Notes under the pieces: model-generated
Database searches by the model: none
The model's input: only the letters and a program-made list of their open reading frames with translations
Told to the model about the DNA's origin: nothing
In this document: piece by piece, positions 50,600-64,000 of the stretch
Numbering within the stretch: the stretch's first letter is position 1
How the letters are laid out: every line of letters begins with the position of its first letter
DNA from: Octopus sinensis
Lineage: Eukaryota
NCBI RefSeq assembly: GCF_006345805.1
Contig: NW_021834786.1
Coordinates: 1 to 64,000, forward strand
DNA length: 64,000 bases
Direction of reading: 5' to 3'
Translations under genes and position numbers: made by a program

Positions 50600-51290
50600 C
50601 TGCAGTTTAGTATAGTGCCTGGTTCTCTTTAGTGAATTTTAGGATTCTCGTGCGTTCGGCTATGCATAGATTCATAGATCGCAGCGTTTTGTACAGTTGA
50701 TGTAGGGCCCACCAACCTTTTCTTGTAACGTCAGCAAGGGTAGAGGCAAGGCATGTTTCACCCGATTTGATATATTCAACTTTTATTCGTCTATATCAAA
50801 AGCGCTACTGACCAAAACGCTTTCTTTCGCTAGGGACTTCACTAGCTTTAGTGATAGCGATGTAGAAATTATTATGCATGCCTGGAAGGCAGTACTATTT
50901 AACAAAAGTTCAGCATGGGTCAAGTAATCCGACCCCACAGGCTCCTTTGACGTAGCGATGGGTTGTACATCCTTATGAAAAGTTCCCCTCTGTCCCCTTT
51001 GGCCTCTACAGAGATGATGCCCTGACCATCTCTAAGGGAGCAAGCGGCCATACACTAATTAGATAGGCTTATGAAGGACTTAATCAGCACGCTTGCCGCT
51101 ATGGGATTGAAGATCACCATAGAAACCAATCTCACCACAGCGTATTTCTTAGACATCACGCTGGACTTGGGCTCCGGTACTCACAGGCCTTACCGCTAAC
51201 TAAACGAGAGGCTAACATACATCAACACAGCCTCCTGTCACCCACATATCGTGTTTAGGAACCTGGTAAAGGGTTCCTGAACACGTTTGA
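50600..51290 (+). mobile_element. Penelope-like element RT fragment
   Basis: RFDIFNFYSSISKALL, IIMHAWKAVLF..AWVK, FDVAMG, GLYRDDAL, FLDITLDL..PYR, SCHP. Confidence 0.8.
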
Positions 51291-52259
51291 GTACGAAGGT
51301 TGATATTTGTCAAGGTTTAGTAATACTGTAATACTTTACTATCATAAAGCAGTGGAATTTGGCTCATGAGACTGACTTAAACGATAGCAGCAATTGACTT
51401 TTACTGTATACCACTTATGTGACCAAAAAAGAAAAAAAAGTCTAAATTATCAAACAACAAATCTGTTGCCAAATACTGAATGTATTCATCTTAAGCTGTA
51501 CTTTTGCAGAAAGCTGGCTGAGATGGCCAGGAGGAAAACTGAAGCATATTGAAATCAGCTCTCTTTAGTGGATTTCTGTGAGTACCGAAAAGCAAGAACA
51601 ATGTCCTCCAGGAAATGGCAAAATTATCACCGAGTGAGACAAAAGTTATTTATTAACTTCTAAATACTCACACTAACAATAGTCGTCTAATACTAAGTAA
51701 AGAGAATCTCGGTTAAGAAAGAGCTAACTCTCATTTTAACTAATACAGCTAATACAGTGCTCTTTGTTAAACTAGGAATCAAAAATATACATTGATGGTA
51801 AAAGTAGGCCTTGAATTGTTTTCAGTCAATCAATATTTTAAAAGAGATTTTGTTTATTTTTGCGCTTAGAACTTGCTTCTACTAGAATCGTAGTTAACAA
51901 TGTCATGAACGAACAGCTCCATTTGTGTGTGGATGTGTAAGCCGAATGTGAGTGTATGTGTGTTTGTGTGTGTGTACGAGAAGAAAAAAAGAGAGTGTGC
52001 AAATTTGTTGTGTCAATGTGCACGAGGCGAGAAACAAACAGAAAGCAGATATGGTGGGCAGTAACATCGGAATACGTTCCAGATATTTCTGAGCCTTAAA
52101 GTCCAATCAGAGAATGGTATAACGTTGGAGAGAAAGTCCTGTCGTATTTTCCCCATGATCACTCTGAGAGTACTTTGTTTTCAGTGCTTAGTATAAAACC
52201 CTAATTTATATATTCTAATAGTCTTTTTCTTTCTTTGAATGTTACTTTATATCAGAGAT

Positions 52260-53555
52260 TAAATGCGTAATGATATCGATTTTACTTTTTTAAAATAGAT
52301 CAGACCCATATCAGACACTGTGTGCCGTATGAATTCAAGAGGGGTTTCTTAAGCAATAGGAGAGGCCAGAAATATTTGTTCTGTCTATGGAAATGAAACT
52401 TTAAAATGCATGAACATGCTAACAGTGGTCCGACCAGTTTTGTTCGGAAAAATGTTTCCTCGTAGATTACTTTCGATCCAAGTGATGAAATGTGGGTTCT
52501 CTATAATAATATCCAACGAAAACGACATTGGTTAGCACCCAATGAAAAAGAAGAGTTTATCCCAGAGTTGCACCTGGAAATGTGCTCTGTGTTTCGAGGG
52601 ATATGAAGAGCATTGTCTACTATGAAGTGTTAAATCTAAATTAAAGAGTTAATACTGAGAAGTTTTGTCAATTGGAATCATTGCACAAATATTTTCAGAA
52701 AAGTGCCCATCTTTGTCAGTCGTAAAGGGGTATCGTTATTATACTACAATGAAAGACCTCATATTATCCAAACCAATCAGGAAAAATTATGACACTAAAT
52801 ATGGAAGTTTTGACTCATACTTCTCACTCTCCTGACATTGCTCCATCTGACTATCATCTTTTCAGATCATTGGAATATTATGTAGAGGGAAAACTGTTTA
52901 TCAATTGAATAATCAAGACTTGCAACGTGTACAGCGAGATCTGAAACGATTATTCGCATATTTATTCTTAATACGTCTTGGCAGATTCAGCGGCAGAATA
53001 TGCCGGTCGCTGTACGTCATAAGAGAATAAATATGATCAGCATATTTTGTGTCTGGATCTTCCCATATTAGTTAAGAATAGGCAAATAATCGTTCCAGAT
53101 CTTGCTGTATATGGTGCAAATAACGATTTTTTTATCGGTTAGCAATCAACACCAATCAGAAAACAATTTGTTCGCTGGAAGTTTAAATGACGCCAGTAGC
53201 TTGTAGGCTCAGAATTCTACTTCTGGCTGACGAGACATAACATGTCGAAACATCAGTGTCCAAGCGCCAAGCGTCGAGTGTATTGAACACACAATTCTCG
53301 TAAAAAGGAGTTATTCTATGATGTCCACTTCAGTGACCAACATATTTTGCGTCTGGATCTTCCTAGATATGTTAAGAATAAATAAGCGAATAATTGTTTA
53401 TTAATTGCGAAGAAGATAAAAATTATATTGAGTGCTTCTTTGCATTGAAGCCTGAAGAATTTTACGCCCAAGGGATGAGCAATTTGTCAAATAGATAAGA
53501 TTATGTAACCAATTCCGAGGGGAAATATTTATTCTCATTAAATATATGAATTAAG
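52260..53555 (+). mobile_element. Decayed mariner interrupted by a ~490-bp insertion
   Basis: DEMWVLYNN..RKRHW, IVYYEVL, HTSHSPDIAPSDYHLFRSL, resuming after ~53405 with FFALKPEEFYAQG. A third mariner remnant lies on - at ~62270-63080. Confidence 0.75.
53221..53264 (+). ncRNA. Second type I hammerhead motif (weak stem I)
   Basis: CUGACGA-GACA-UAACA-UGUC-GAAAC-A(UCAG)U-GUC with canonical G10.1-C11.1; stem I has 3 of 4 pairs. Confidence 0.55.
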
Positions 53556-54170
53556 ACCAAAGAAGCAGTTGTTTCTTTCCCATCTTGAAATCGAACTTAG
53601 TATCTATTGCTCTAGTTTCTGATAAAAGTGTCGATATGCGTTGGATGTATGATACCATGTAAAAAAAGCCTTGTCCTGTTAACTATCATATGTTGTTGGA
53701 TAATGTCACTGAATACCATATCTTAATGTGTCATAGCAAATTTGATAATATATTACATTACACTGAATATCCTGTCATAACAAAATATCACAATCGGCTG
53801 AGTGCTAAACCGTACTTGATATCAAAGTTTCGGCTGTTTCACAGCTATTTGAATATTTCATCACTTCTTCTTCAATATACATATATATGCATATAACTTA
53901 GATGACTTAGATATGGTTCGGCCAAAGATTGGCCCAAGCCATGTCTAACTTAGTAGCACCACCTGATAGGATTTGTTAGTCATTTTTAAAATCAAGTTAA
54001 GAGTTGCTGTTGACTGACAAGTATTCAAGCGTAGGCAGATTATCTGGTATTCATTGAGAAATTTGTTCAAGTTTCCTCTGAAGGTGATGGGATCTTTTTT
54101 AAAATATGTTAACAAATCAACAGGACTCATTCGGAATTGAAACTAAGTGTTGTCTGTTTATCTCTTACAG

Positions 54171-54244
54171 GTCTATCATTTTGAATTAAAACGTATCATA
54201 TATGTTGCAATCGGGTTTTCTGCCATTAACACAATTTTTTTTGG
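54171..54244 (+). CDS. SLC18B1-like gene 2 exon (74 nt)
   Basis: ctcttacag|...|gtaagt. VYHFELKRIIYVAIGFSAINTIFF(G) resembles LVHIGAKFMFVAGMFVSGGVTILFG; phase 0/2. Confidence 0.8.
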
Positions 54245-55723
54245 GTAAGTGAGATTTGTTCAGAATTTTTCATATTGTCGTATTGTATGTTATTTTTTCG
54301 TACTTTGTAAAGTTACTTATGAGATTGATACTGAATGAAATAAAATACTGGCAAATCCTGTATGAATGCTTTATTGGGTCAAGTTTGGTGTATGATTTGC
54401 ATCATGATTTCATCTGTCATATCTATAATATTGTTTTAAAGGCTCATTTTCAGGTTCATATACTTGGCTAACTTATGAATCTACTCTGAAAAGCCATTGT
54501 GTCTAAGAAGCTGCTGATTGTGTTTCTTTGTAGACATACTATCATTACAATTATTAAGATTTCAGAGTTAGCTGAGCTGTATCTAATTAATCTCTTTATG
54601 TTCTAAGTTCAAGTCCAACCAAGATCAACGACTGCCATTGATCTTTTACAGCTTGATGACATAGATACCAGTTAAGCAAGTTGATTAAGTAAATATGTGG
54701 CCTTGTGTCAATGTTATATGTTATAATTATTATTAGTATCATTATTACGAAGAACAGTGGATTGATAGGATCAGTGGTGTATCAGACAGCATCTTATGTG
54801 GTATTTGGCTATCTATCTTTTACATTGAGCTCAGATCTACCAAGAATCTGAAGAATCTGTTGGGGGGGGGGGGGGCACATCGACAAGTAATCAAAATAAG
54901 TAAAAAAAAAAAAATAACGCAATGCATCTATTACAAGGAAAAGCGAAATTTCTAACGTTTTGGCCACAGGCTCTTTATCAAGCCAAAAAGAAGAGAAAAG
55001 GCAAGGAGTCTTGATAATAATGGACGATGGAAGGAAGATATGTATTTAGTTTTTTAGGATGGTGGGCAGAAATTTCGGACAGGTGCTAAAGGTTTAGTAA
55101 ACAGCGACAGAGTCAGTGCATGTCTTAGCATGAGTGAGTAAGTATGGGTAGGACGGTCAAGTACTATGAATGCATGTATGCTTGTATGCACCAGGAGTGA
55201 TTAAATGATTGTGATGAAAGGAGACGAGGAAAAATTAGAGAAAATATAAACAGTTATTGACACTAAAAGATGTACGCAATCAAAAATAATGTCAATGTTC
55301 CTGAAGCTGCAAAGCAGAAAGGGAGTCCAGGACCGGATTTAAACTGGGGTGGGGAGCACTTCAAGTTCAGTGGGTCACTTATACCCAAGACTTATAATCT
55401 CAGAAAATTACTAAATTTAAATCTCAAAACCCATCTATTTCCAATAATTAAATTTGATGAGTTACCAGAGAAAGTTTAAATAAATGACTGAAAATGTCCC
55501 TTTATAGATATACTTTTTCAAAATTCAAATTTCGTTTTTCACGCATCCACTTGCGGTATTTGATTTTTCCTTCATTGTGAAAAGTACAATGAAGGCGAGA
55601 AGAGTGAGGTAAGAGTTTTTTTTTCTTTTGATGTGAGTTACATATATTTCAGAATGTAAAATAAGATAAAATTACAGATTATGAAGAAAAAAATCATTTT
55701 TGTGGTTGTTGCTGTTCCAAAGG

Positions 55724-55764
<41 letters not shown>

Positions 55765-56618
55765 CAAATACGGGGAAGTTCAAACAGCTATTTCTGAAAG
55801 TCAACTTTTCCACTTTCCAGAGTAAGTGGGGCACAATGAGTAATATTTAGCATACAGCCATTTTTAGATATTGGAAATGCGACAAAATCTAAAATCTCAA
55901 CGATAAATGTTTTTTATAGCTACTTCACCATAGCTTTTTGCCAGAAAGTATTCAGATATTTTATTAGCTACCTCAATTACAATTGGGTCAAATTTGAGGA
56001 AAAATTTCTTTTTTCTGACGCAAACATACATACATTTTCAGGATTGTTCTGTTTCCCTTTTCTCAGCTGTCCCCAAAGCAGCTACAATTTCCCTGGGAAT
56101 CATGCTTTGGGACTGGCAATAAATTGTTTTTTAATTGAATTATTTGGTATCTCTAAAGGACCAAAAATCTATGGGTATTTATCATAAAAGAGAATTCATT
56201 ACATTTAAGAAATCAAGATACCTTTGTATAACGAGTGTGACTCAGCAAGCCTGATTGCTGGAAGGTGGTGGTGAGGGGCTTCCTGTATTGAGTGCCACAT
56301 ACCTTTCCTAGCAGGGGTCCCCAATATCTAGATACCCGGAGCAATTGCCTCACCATACCCCGAAAAATCTGGCCCTAGGGTGCCACTGGGTAAACTAAAA
56401 AGCAGAAAGAGCTTAAATCCAAAACAATTTTTCTTTTCCTCATGACAAAAATATAATCATTTTTATTTTTATTACTATTTCATTTGCTTTTATTGTTTTC
56501 TTACTGACAAAATATATATTTGAGTTTCCTGTTATCGACTGTTCTCACTATGAAAATGGGCAACCTTGCACTGTTGGTAGAAACCATTATTAATATTTGT
56601 ATATTTCTCTCTCATCAG

Positions 56619-56778
56619 ATTTCTTGAATACATCCCTAAGCAGGGTTCTTATAATATGGTGTTCCTCATACTAAGTTTCATTGTGAGAGCTTTCGAATCT
56701 TTGAGTTGTGGTACAATCAATACAGCAGTTATGATATTTTATACCACTGAATTTCCAGATGATTTCAGTTGTTTATTT
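56619..56778 (+). CDS. SLC18B1-like gene 2 exon (160 nt)
   Basis: ctctcatcag|...|gtgagt. FLEYIPKQGSYNMVFLILSFIVRAFESLSCGTINTAVMIFYTTEFPDDFSCLF resembles VLDRVPDG..VFIAMCFLVRVMDAV..TASSSILAKAFPNNVATVL; phase 2/0. Confidence 0.85.
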
Positions 56779-58918
56779 GTGAGTATAACTAAACGCATAC
56801 TTCTTTATCTTCGTCTCATTCCAGTCTAATAGCTTCACAGTGATTACAGAGAATATTCATGTCACCAACGTTGTATCTTTCGACCATACGTTTTCGGTTT
56901 TTTTGACGTTCTCGTTCATTTTTATTTTATATTCTATCTTGAACTCGTTCCCTTATTTCTTGTAAATACTCACTCAATACTCTTTGATTCATATTTTCCC
57001 TTCAACACACTGATGCTCCCGTGCTTGTTTTAGTGATTCGAACCTCTGTTTCTCTTTATATACCGTTTTAATCTTTCTGTTGTCATCCATATTTTATAAA
57101 CAAATACATATTTTCAAGCAAGCAGACAGTAAATATATGAGGAGAGGCGATATAAAAAAATAAAAAAAGACTGCACATTTCGCTAACCACTCACCACCAT
57201 CATCATCATCACCACAATGATCATCACCATCACCTCCACCACCATCATTATAGCTTTCAATAACAAAGCTCAATCTAAGTTGTTTGCCATCCACGATAGT
57301 TTCATTTTATTTCAGTTCTTTGTTTATATCTACTCCTCTTTAAAGAACAAAAAGCGACAAAAGAAAAGAAACGAAAAATAACATCTACGCTTATTTTGCT
57401 AAGTTATTTCACTTTCATTGAAAAAATCTATTTTTCTATGATAAGGTTATTATTATTATTCCTTTTTCAGTCCACCCAACGATGTAATAAGTCACAATAA
57501 TATATGATGTTTAAAATTTTCCTTTTAACATTTTATCTCTCTCTCTCTCTCTCTCTCTCCAGCTCTCTTTTTTTTCTCCCTCTACCTCAAATTTTAACAA
57601 ACATTCTAACCATGTTATTCCCCTCTTCACGTCTTTATGATTTCTCTCATTCTCTTTCTCTTAATTTTCATCTCTCATTTGCACTGACCACCTGACAGCT
57701 TAATGCATCGGCTGGCAAAACACCTCTACTCTTTCTCCCTTACACTCTCCACTTTCTCTCTCCCTCTTTGTCTTTCTTTAACTGCACCACTAGAACCTCA
57801 TTCTGCTAAAATTTGTGTTACTAACTCTCTTTCTCTACATCACTACCTTCAGAAAGCATTTTAACCCCGCAATAAATGTTACGTTTCTCCTACTTCGCAT
57901 CATGAACACTTCTTTCTCCCCCTTTTTCTTTCTCGCTCTACTCCTTTTTCTTCAACTAATCACGTGACAGCGTAACGCATTTTGTCCTTAGCGTATTAAT
58001 ATATAGATATTTCAAATTACGGCCCCATACAGAAAAAAGCGAATTGGTTGCATTTCGGGAGCTGATTTACATATCTATCACTTGCCAGGCTATTATGTTA
58101 TTCATTACATCAAATAGATTAGGCCATCATAAAGATTATGTCAAAATGACCAATTAGCACTTTATAATATCTCTTCATAACATATGTAAATCATAGACAA
58201 TTTTATAACCACTCAAACACCATCGGATATATACGAGCGCAGACACACACTCGCTTATAAAGTTTGAGTTGGGATGTAGTATGTGTTTCATATTCCAGAA
58301 ATTATGTGTAGATATAGGTTTGTGTATAAATAAACGACGATAATAGTGACTTGAACGTTACAGTAAGTTAGGAAACAGCCAGAAATATTTTATTGGCAAT
58401 GCAAGCTCCAAGCAAATGGGGTCCAGTCTGGAATAGAAGTAATGGAACACTAGCTTGAAAATTTACAAGCCAATGATCCGTTACCTAAGTGGATCAATGC
58501 TTAAGAGAATAAAAGATGCTAGTCTGAATCACAATGGAACGCCAGCCATGGATTTGGTCCTATGATCCTTGTGCAGGTTGTCAAATACATTATGTTCTAT
58601 ACATATTATTGTAAGACTAAATATCTTTCCCCTATATAAAATTTATTCATTGTTTTGTCAATTTACCGCCATTTTAAAGAACTGAAATTTTAAGGAATAT
58701 CGCAATTATAGTACAGATACATTTTAGGGAATAATGCATTTGAGATTATATCATTCTTTACGGAATGAGACAATTGAGAGATTGTGTAAGTTTTGAGAAT
58801 GTTACATGTAAGTAAAGATATTTACTTTTAAGAAAATATTTCAAAACATAATTTTCTTACAAAAACAGATTAGTATCTTCTGAAGTTCCACAGCTATTGT
58901 GTTTAAACGTTATTTCAG

Positions 58919-58987
58919 GGTTTGTTTATGGCTGTAACTGGGCTTGGTTACTCAACTAGCCCCCTATTTGGAGGAATACTTTATGAT
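58919..58987 (+). CDS. SLC18B1-like gene 2 exon (69 nt)
   Basis: tatttcag|...|gtaagt. GLFMAVTGLGYSTSPLFGGILYD resembles GSLETFSGLGLILGPPVGGFLYQ; phase 0/0. Confidence 0.85.
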
Positions 58988-61690
58988 GTAAGTATGATTA
59001 CATAATTATCTCTATTGAATTTTTGCTGCGAGAGAATGAAAACATATGAGATGTGTCGGGTAACTAGCTGACGTTTAGCTGCAGTTAAACAAATGTATGG
59101 TCAACGATGTTCCAGAGAGAACCGTTTTCAGATTTAGCGTACGCAGGACAGTATTACCCAACGTATATTTTGTTTTTATGAAAGCAGGGTAAAATTTGAG
59201 GGAGAAGGCAGCTATTTCTTGCATGCCGACAGACCATGTAGAAGTCGCCTCACTTATGTTCTGTCACAAGCATTGCACTGAGTTTGTGATCAAGTTACTT
59301 CAATTTCAACATCTGAGCCATCTGAATTCATTTAAGAGGCTCTTCAAGAAACATAGTTCACAGCTGTAAACATTATCATTATTTTAATGAGGCTTGCAGT
59401 TGAGGTTAATTCTTCACGTGAGAATAGTTACCTGAAATAATCTAGTCGTATCCAGTAATTCTTTTTTTACTTTTTATCTCTTTATCACTAAAGTAAGTGG
59501 AATTAAAGATCGTAATTATTGACCTTTGTGTCAGGGAAAGATTATACACTGTGTGAAAAATATAGACTCCACCCCAAAACTGGATTTATACACCATAAAG
59601 ATGGCTACATACAATAATAAACATGGAATAGGAATATATATTCTTTAATTGCCAATAAATTAAATTATGACACATCTAATCGGCAAAATGTAAAGTCTAT
59701 GATACAAATGGTGTTTCAATTTCACAGTCAAGTAATATTACTTGAAATTAAGTGAAATTTTCAGAAATATAAATGGATATAACTATTTACAAGAAGCGTT
59801 GATGGAGTGTATATACAGTTTTGTGTGTGTACATGCAAATGAATCATCAAATGTAAACGAAAGCGCGTTCATGTATGTGTGTATACCAATAAATGTATGG
59901 CTATAGAAATTTTTAGTACACGTATATAAAGAGTATATACATGTGTTACAATCCAGTTAATAGGTACTTTCAATGGATTCAAGGTGAAAAAATAATCTTC
60001 TCTATTAAAACTTTGAGGTGGGGGTAAGTCAATTACATCGACCCCAGTTCTCAGCTGGTACTTATTTTATCCACTCCGAAAGGATGGAAAACAAAGTTGA
60101 ACTCGGCAAAAATTGAACTCAGAACATAAAGACGAAGGAAATGCTGCAAAGCATTTTGCCCTGTCTGCTAACGATTCAGCCAGCCCGCCACCTGAAGGTG
60201 GAAAAATAATGAAATTTAAGTTCCCGGATCATAGATTGTCTGTACAGTTCGTTTCAAGCAACAGATCTTGAAAACGTAGTGAATCTGTAAAAGATGTTGG
60301 TTTATAATTTGTTGCGCTACTGACTGTCATTGCACAGTTGATACAAGCCGTTGTATCACAGCTGAACTGTGTCTGCTGCTACAATGGCTGTGGGATATTG
60401 TTTGCTGAATGGCTGCTGACACCACTATCAAGGATTAGGTAAGCCACTTGATATACCTGACTGAGAGGAATTAATTCAATAATTCGGACATCTACTAAGT
60501 CCATGGGCGTGAGTTTACATCAGTAATGCAAATATCTATCACCTTCTGTTTCCTATATGTATAAATATCCCCTAAATCTGGGCTTAGTGGTTTAACGTTT
60601 TTCATGCCTGTTCCTTGACTATGGGTACAAAAGATGACAGATAACTTTTCTTTGAAAAGGAAGCCGATCTATCTAAGATAATATTTACTATTGATTTCGT
60701 AGTATCTAACACATTCGAACGACTAGGTGAACCGAGGCAATAGCGATATTTGATCAAGTTATTTTTATTGTTTGCACTCCGGTAAAGATGACTGTCCATC
60801 CATAAACATTGCAAGTCGTTTAGAAATGTGCTCTTTCGAAACACTAGTGTGTTTGATGCAGTTCATGTGAAACTTAAATTTTCTGTTAAATAGTTTGTTG
60901 TTTCATAGATTAGACTGTTGCAGAAATAATAGAAGAAACAAAGGGATGACACACAGACTAACTTATAGTCTAACTTATCTGAAAATTTGTAATAGAATAT
61001 TTTTCTTTAGATATGTTAGCTTTTCTCAAAGATTGGGCGCTCAACAATTGTACATAATGTTATAACTGTTCAGGTGTGAATTAGTGTCTAGTTCTCAAGA
61101 TGAAGATGTGAGTCTATTATAGATTTATAGAGTTTATGTGTCGTTTATTTCTAGGTGACACATAAGCTCAATAATTTGAACATATGATACATGGGAAGAT
61201 AACCCAATGCTTATACCTTCGGCCATCTCGTCTGTACCTTGAAAAATTAATTTCAGTCTCCCCTTTAGACACAAGACAATTGTTTAAGTACGAAACTGAC
61301 CATAGTAAATCAAAGAATATTTATTGAAGAGTTGTAATAAGATCAGATAATGCAAGATAGATAAAATTGGATAGAATAGGATCTGAGATGGTATGATAAA
61401 ATACTATACTACGTAATATGTATATTATAAATAAAATAAAAGATAGGCTATGAAAGAACAAAAACCAAGCATTTACTTAGGCTACTTCAAAAGTCTGTTC
61501 CGTTCCATGAATTTATGTTTCTCTGCATATGCAAAAAAAAAATAATAATAATAAATCAGATATTTTCGAATATAACGTGTTAAAGAGGAGTCCAAGGACC
61601 AAGTTTTTGGAACAATACATAGCTAATAGCAATAAACAATATTAAATCGCCACAACAGAGTCAACCATAATTGTATTAAATCTTTTTCAG

Positions 61691-61778
61691 CTTGGCGGAT
61701 TCGATTTACCTTATCTGATATATGGTACACAGCTTGCCATTTGTTTACCATGCGATATATACCTTCTAAGGAGCTCGA
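61691..61778 (+). CDS. SLC18B1-like gene 2 exon (88 nt)
   Basis: tctttttcag|...|gtaagt. LGGFDLPYLIYGTQLAICLPCDIYLLRSS resembles SFGYEVPFIVLGCVVLLMVPLNMYILPNY; phase 0/1. The gene continues beyond the window. Confidence 0.85.
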
Positions 61779-63428
61779 GTAAGTGTTTTATAATATAATA
61801 TAATTTAACAAGATACTCTTTTACTTGTTTCAGTCATTTGACTGCGGCCATGCTGGAGCACCGCCTTTAGTCGAGCAAATCGACCCCGGGACTTATTCTT
61901 TGTAAGCCCAGTACTTATTCTATCGGTCTCTTTTGCCGAACCGCTAAGTCACGGGGACATAAACACACCAGCATCGGTTGTCAAGCAATGCTAGGGGGAC
62001 AAACACAGACACACACACATACACATACATATATATATACATATATACGATGGGCTTCTTTCAGTTTCCGTCTACCAAATCCACTCACAAGGCTTTGGTC
62101 AGCCCGAGGTTATAGTAGAAGACACTTGGCCAAGGTGCCACGCGGTGGGACTGAACCCGGAACCATGTGGTTGGTAAACAAGCTACTTACCACACAGCTA
62201 TTCCATTATAATTTTAATATAATATACTGTCTTCATTCGAAAAATAAAACGTAAAGTTTTTGGAAAGTAAATTTATTTTACTTGCAATTCAATGAAACTT
62301 GACTTCTACAAAATAGTTCCATATATTGTGGATGCAAGGAGCCTAGCATTTTTCCAATTTTGCAGTGCATTTTTAGAGGTGGTGAGAAGTTCTTGCATTG
62401 AATACTTTTCGATAGCTTTTATAATGACTGAAATTGGCAACCGTTCAGAATAAATTTTAAATTGTGAAGATAAAAAATCCTAAGTGACCAAATCTGTAAA
62501 ATACGGTAGTAGGGAAATAAACGTCGTCCAATGTTTTACCAAAACGTTAGGGATAAAAAGTGACGTATGAGCTGGGGCCATTTTGTGCAGCATCAAGATT
62601 TTATGCTACAGGCCTCTCCTTTTACACTGTCTTTCTGAAATGTCTCAAGATATCCAAGTAAACACTCTGGTCGTTTGAACACAAGAAACAAACTCATGAT
62701 GAATGAGATTCTTCCAACCAAAACTGACGATCAACATCCCCTTCGCATTTGAGTATCTCTGAGGCACTTTTCTGGTCGAAACAGCACTGGTTCCACTCTA
62801 TTGTGACAACTATCTTTTTGCTTCTGCATCGCAATCGCACACCTGTTATGGCATTTTCAGAATGTTTTCATCAGCGTTCTAACTACCAAACAGCACCAGT
62901 TCTCTTTTCCTTCATCCCACAACAGATGCAACACTAACTTTGCGACTTCACGATGCATCTTTAATATATTATCACGTAGCACGAATTTTTACGCACGTCT
63001 ACTTTAGAAACTTTACGGATAATTAAATGAGGGTTTTCATGGATATACAACTCACACATTCAAAATATGATCACGATTAGATGCTGTAGGAAGTTACAGG
63101 GACGTAAACACACCAACATCAGTTGTCAAGTGATGGTGAGGGGTAAACACAGCCACACAAATCCACTCACAAGGCTATGATCAGCCCGAGGCTATAGTAA
63201 AAGATATTTTCATATCATAAGGTCCCACGCATGAGTACTGAACCCCAATCCATGTGGTTAGGAAGCAGGCTTCTTACCACACAGCCACTTCTGCGCCTAA
63301 TACGATATATGATATGAAATATGATATGATATGATACAAGTAATATTTCTAATTTTGGTGATCAGTGAATAGATTTCACTGAAAATATATATGTTTGCGG
63401 AGGCTTGGCAAACATCTCAACTAGCAGG

Positions 63429-64000
63429 TCTTGTGTCGTTCAGACGTTTTTTTTTAAAGTTCGTGCGGTGAAAACGTTATGCTGTTGTAAAAACGGCGTT
63501 ACACGTTCGGTTCTCTTGGGAAGTCGGAAAAGTCGCTTTGAGTCATAAGGATTACTTGTCTTTATTGTTTTTCACTGGAGAATTTAGTCTGTCTGTGTGA
63601 GACAGACGAGGGAAAATGAGTTTTTCCGCATTAAGAGGAAGAATGGAGGAAACAAGAATGTTCAGCGAGTCGGACATGTCGTCTTCCGAAGAAGAATTGG
63701 TGGAAGCGGTAGAAATAATGGACATGATACAACAGAAAAGGACATACGCAGGTGCAGCGAAGCCGGTGGAAAAAGAAATAAATCTGGCAAAATTACCGGA
63801 ATGCCAGGACATATTAAAAAGAGTGAATGGAGAGGTGGAGTTGTTGCTGCCCAACAGGAAAAAAAGTAAAATGGAAAAAAAGAAAATAATATACAGAGTA
63901 TTAGCAAACGACAAGAACAGCACAGATATAATAAACATGGAAATGATAGAGGAGGCCTTAAGAACAACAGAGGAAGAAATAGTATTCCTCGCAAGAGGAA
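63429..64000 (+). mobile_element. 5' end of a second Tx1-clade LINE; ORF1 from ATG 63616 runs off the window
   Basis: MSFSALRGRMEETRMFSESD..KRTYAGAA..DILKRVNGEVELLLP..EKKKIIYRVL..EIVFLARG aligns with ORF1 at 2280-2927 (RKSFASAA, DMITERDGVVKLEIP, EKKKIIIF, DITYLARGK). Open for 128 codons. Confidence 0.85.

Overview
AT-rich, microsatellite- and repeat-dense animal DNA. The SINE families and R4/Dong, Tx1 and Penelope remnants look cephalopod (Octopus-like); this is inferred from repeat types only. Nearly every ORF in the supplied track is a microsatellite or transposon artefact. The host genes are spliced. Seven + strand exons (700-29014) encode the C-terminal half of an SLC18B1-like MFS transporter, and five exons (50075-61778) encode the N-terminal half of a second, tandem paralog. 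The rest is mobile DNA: a CsRn1-type Gypsy with both LTRs, a second Gypsy split by three tandem Helitrons, Tx1/L1, R4/Dong, CR1, RTE and Penelope fragments, mariners, MITEs and over 20 SINEs. Most interesting: (1) a Tx1-clade LINE sits at a fixed site (GGTATTTC) inside the tRNA-like head of the dominant SINE, and a subfamily of that SINE carries the LINE's 3' tail and sits at the same site; (2) ~300-nt hammerhead-ribozyme (retrozyme-like) units, one of which is followed directly by a related Tx1 element; (3) a Helitron carrying a phased NRF1/Ewg-type motif array; (4) a near-identical 1.5-kb duplication of the terminal exon of gene 1. No database searches were run, so novelty is unverified and family names come from recalled motifs.
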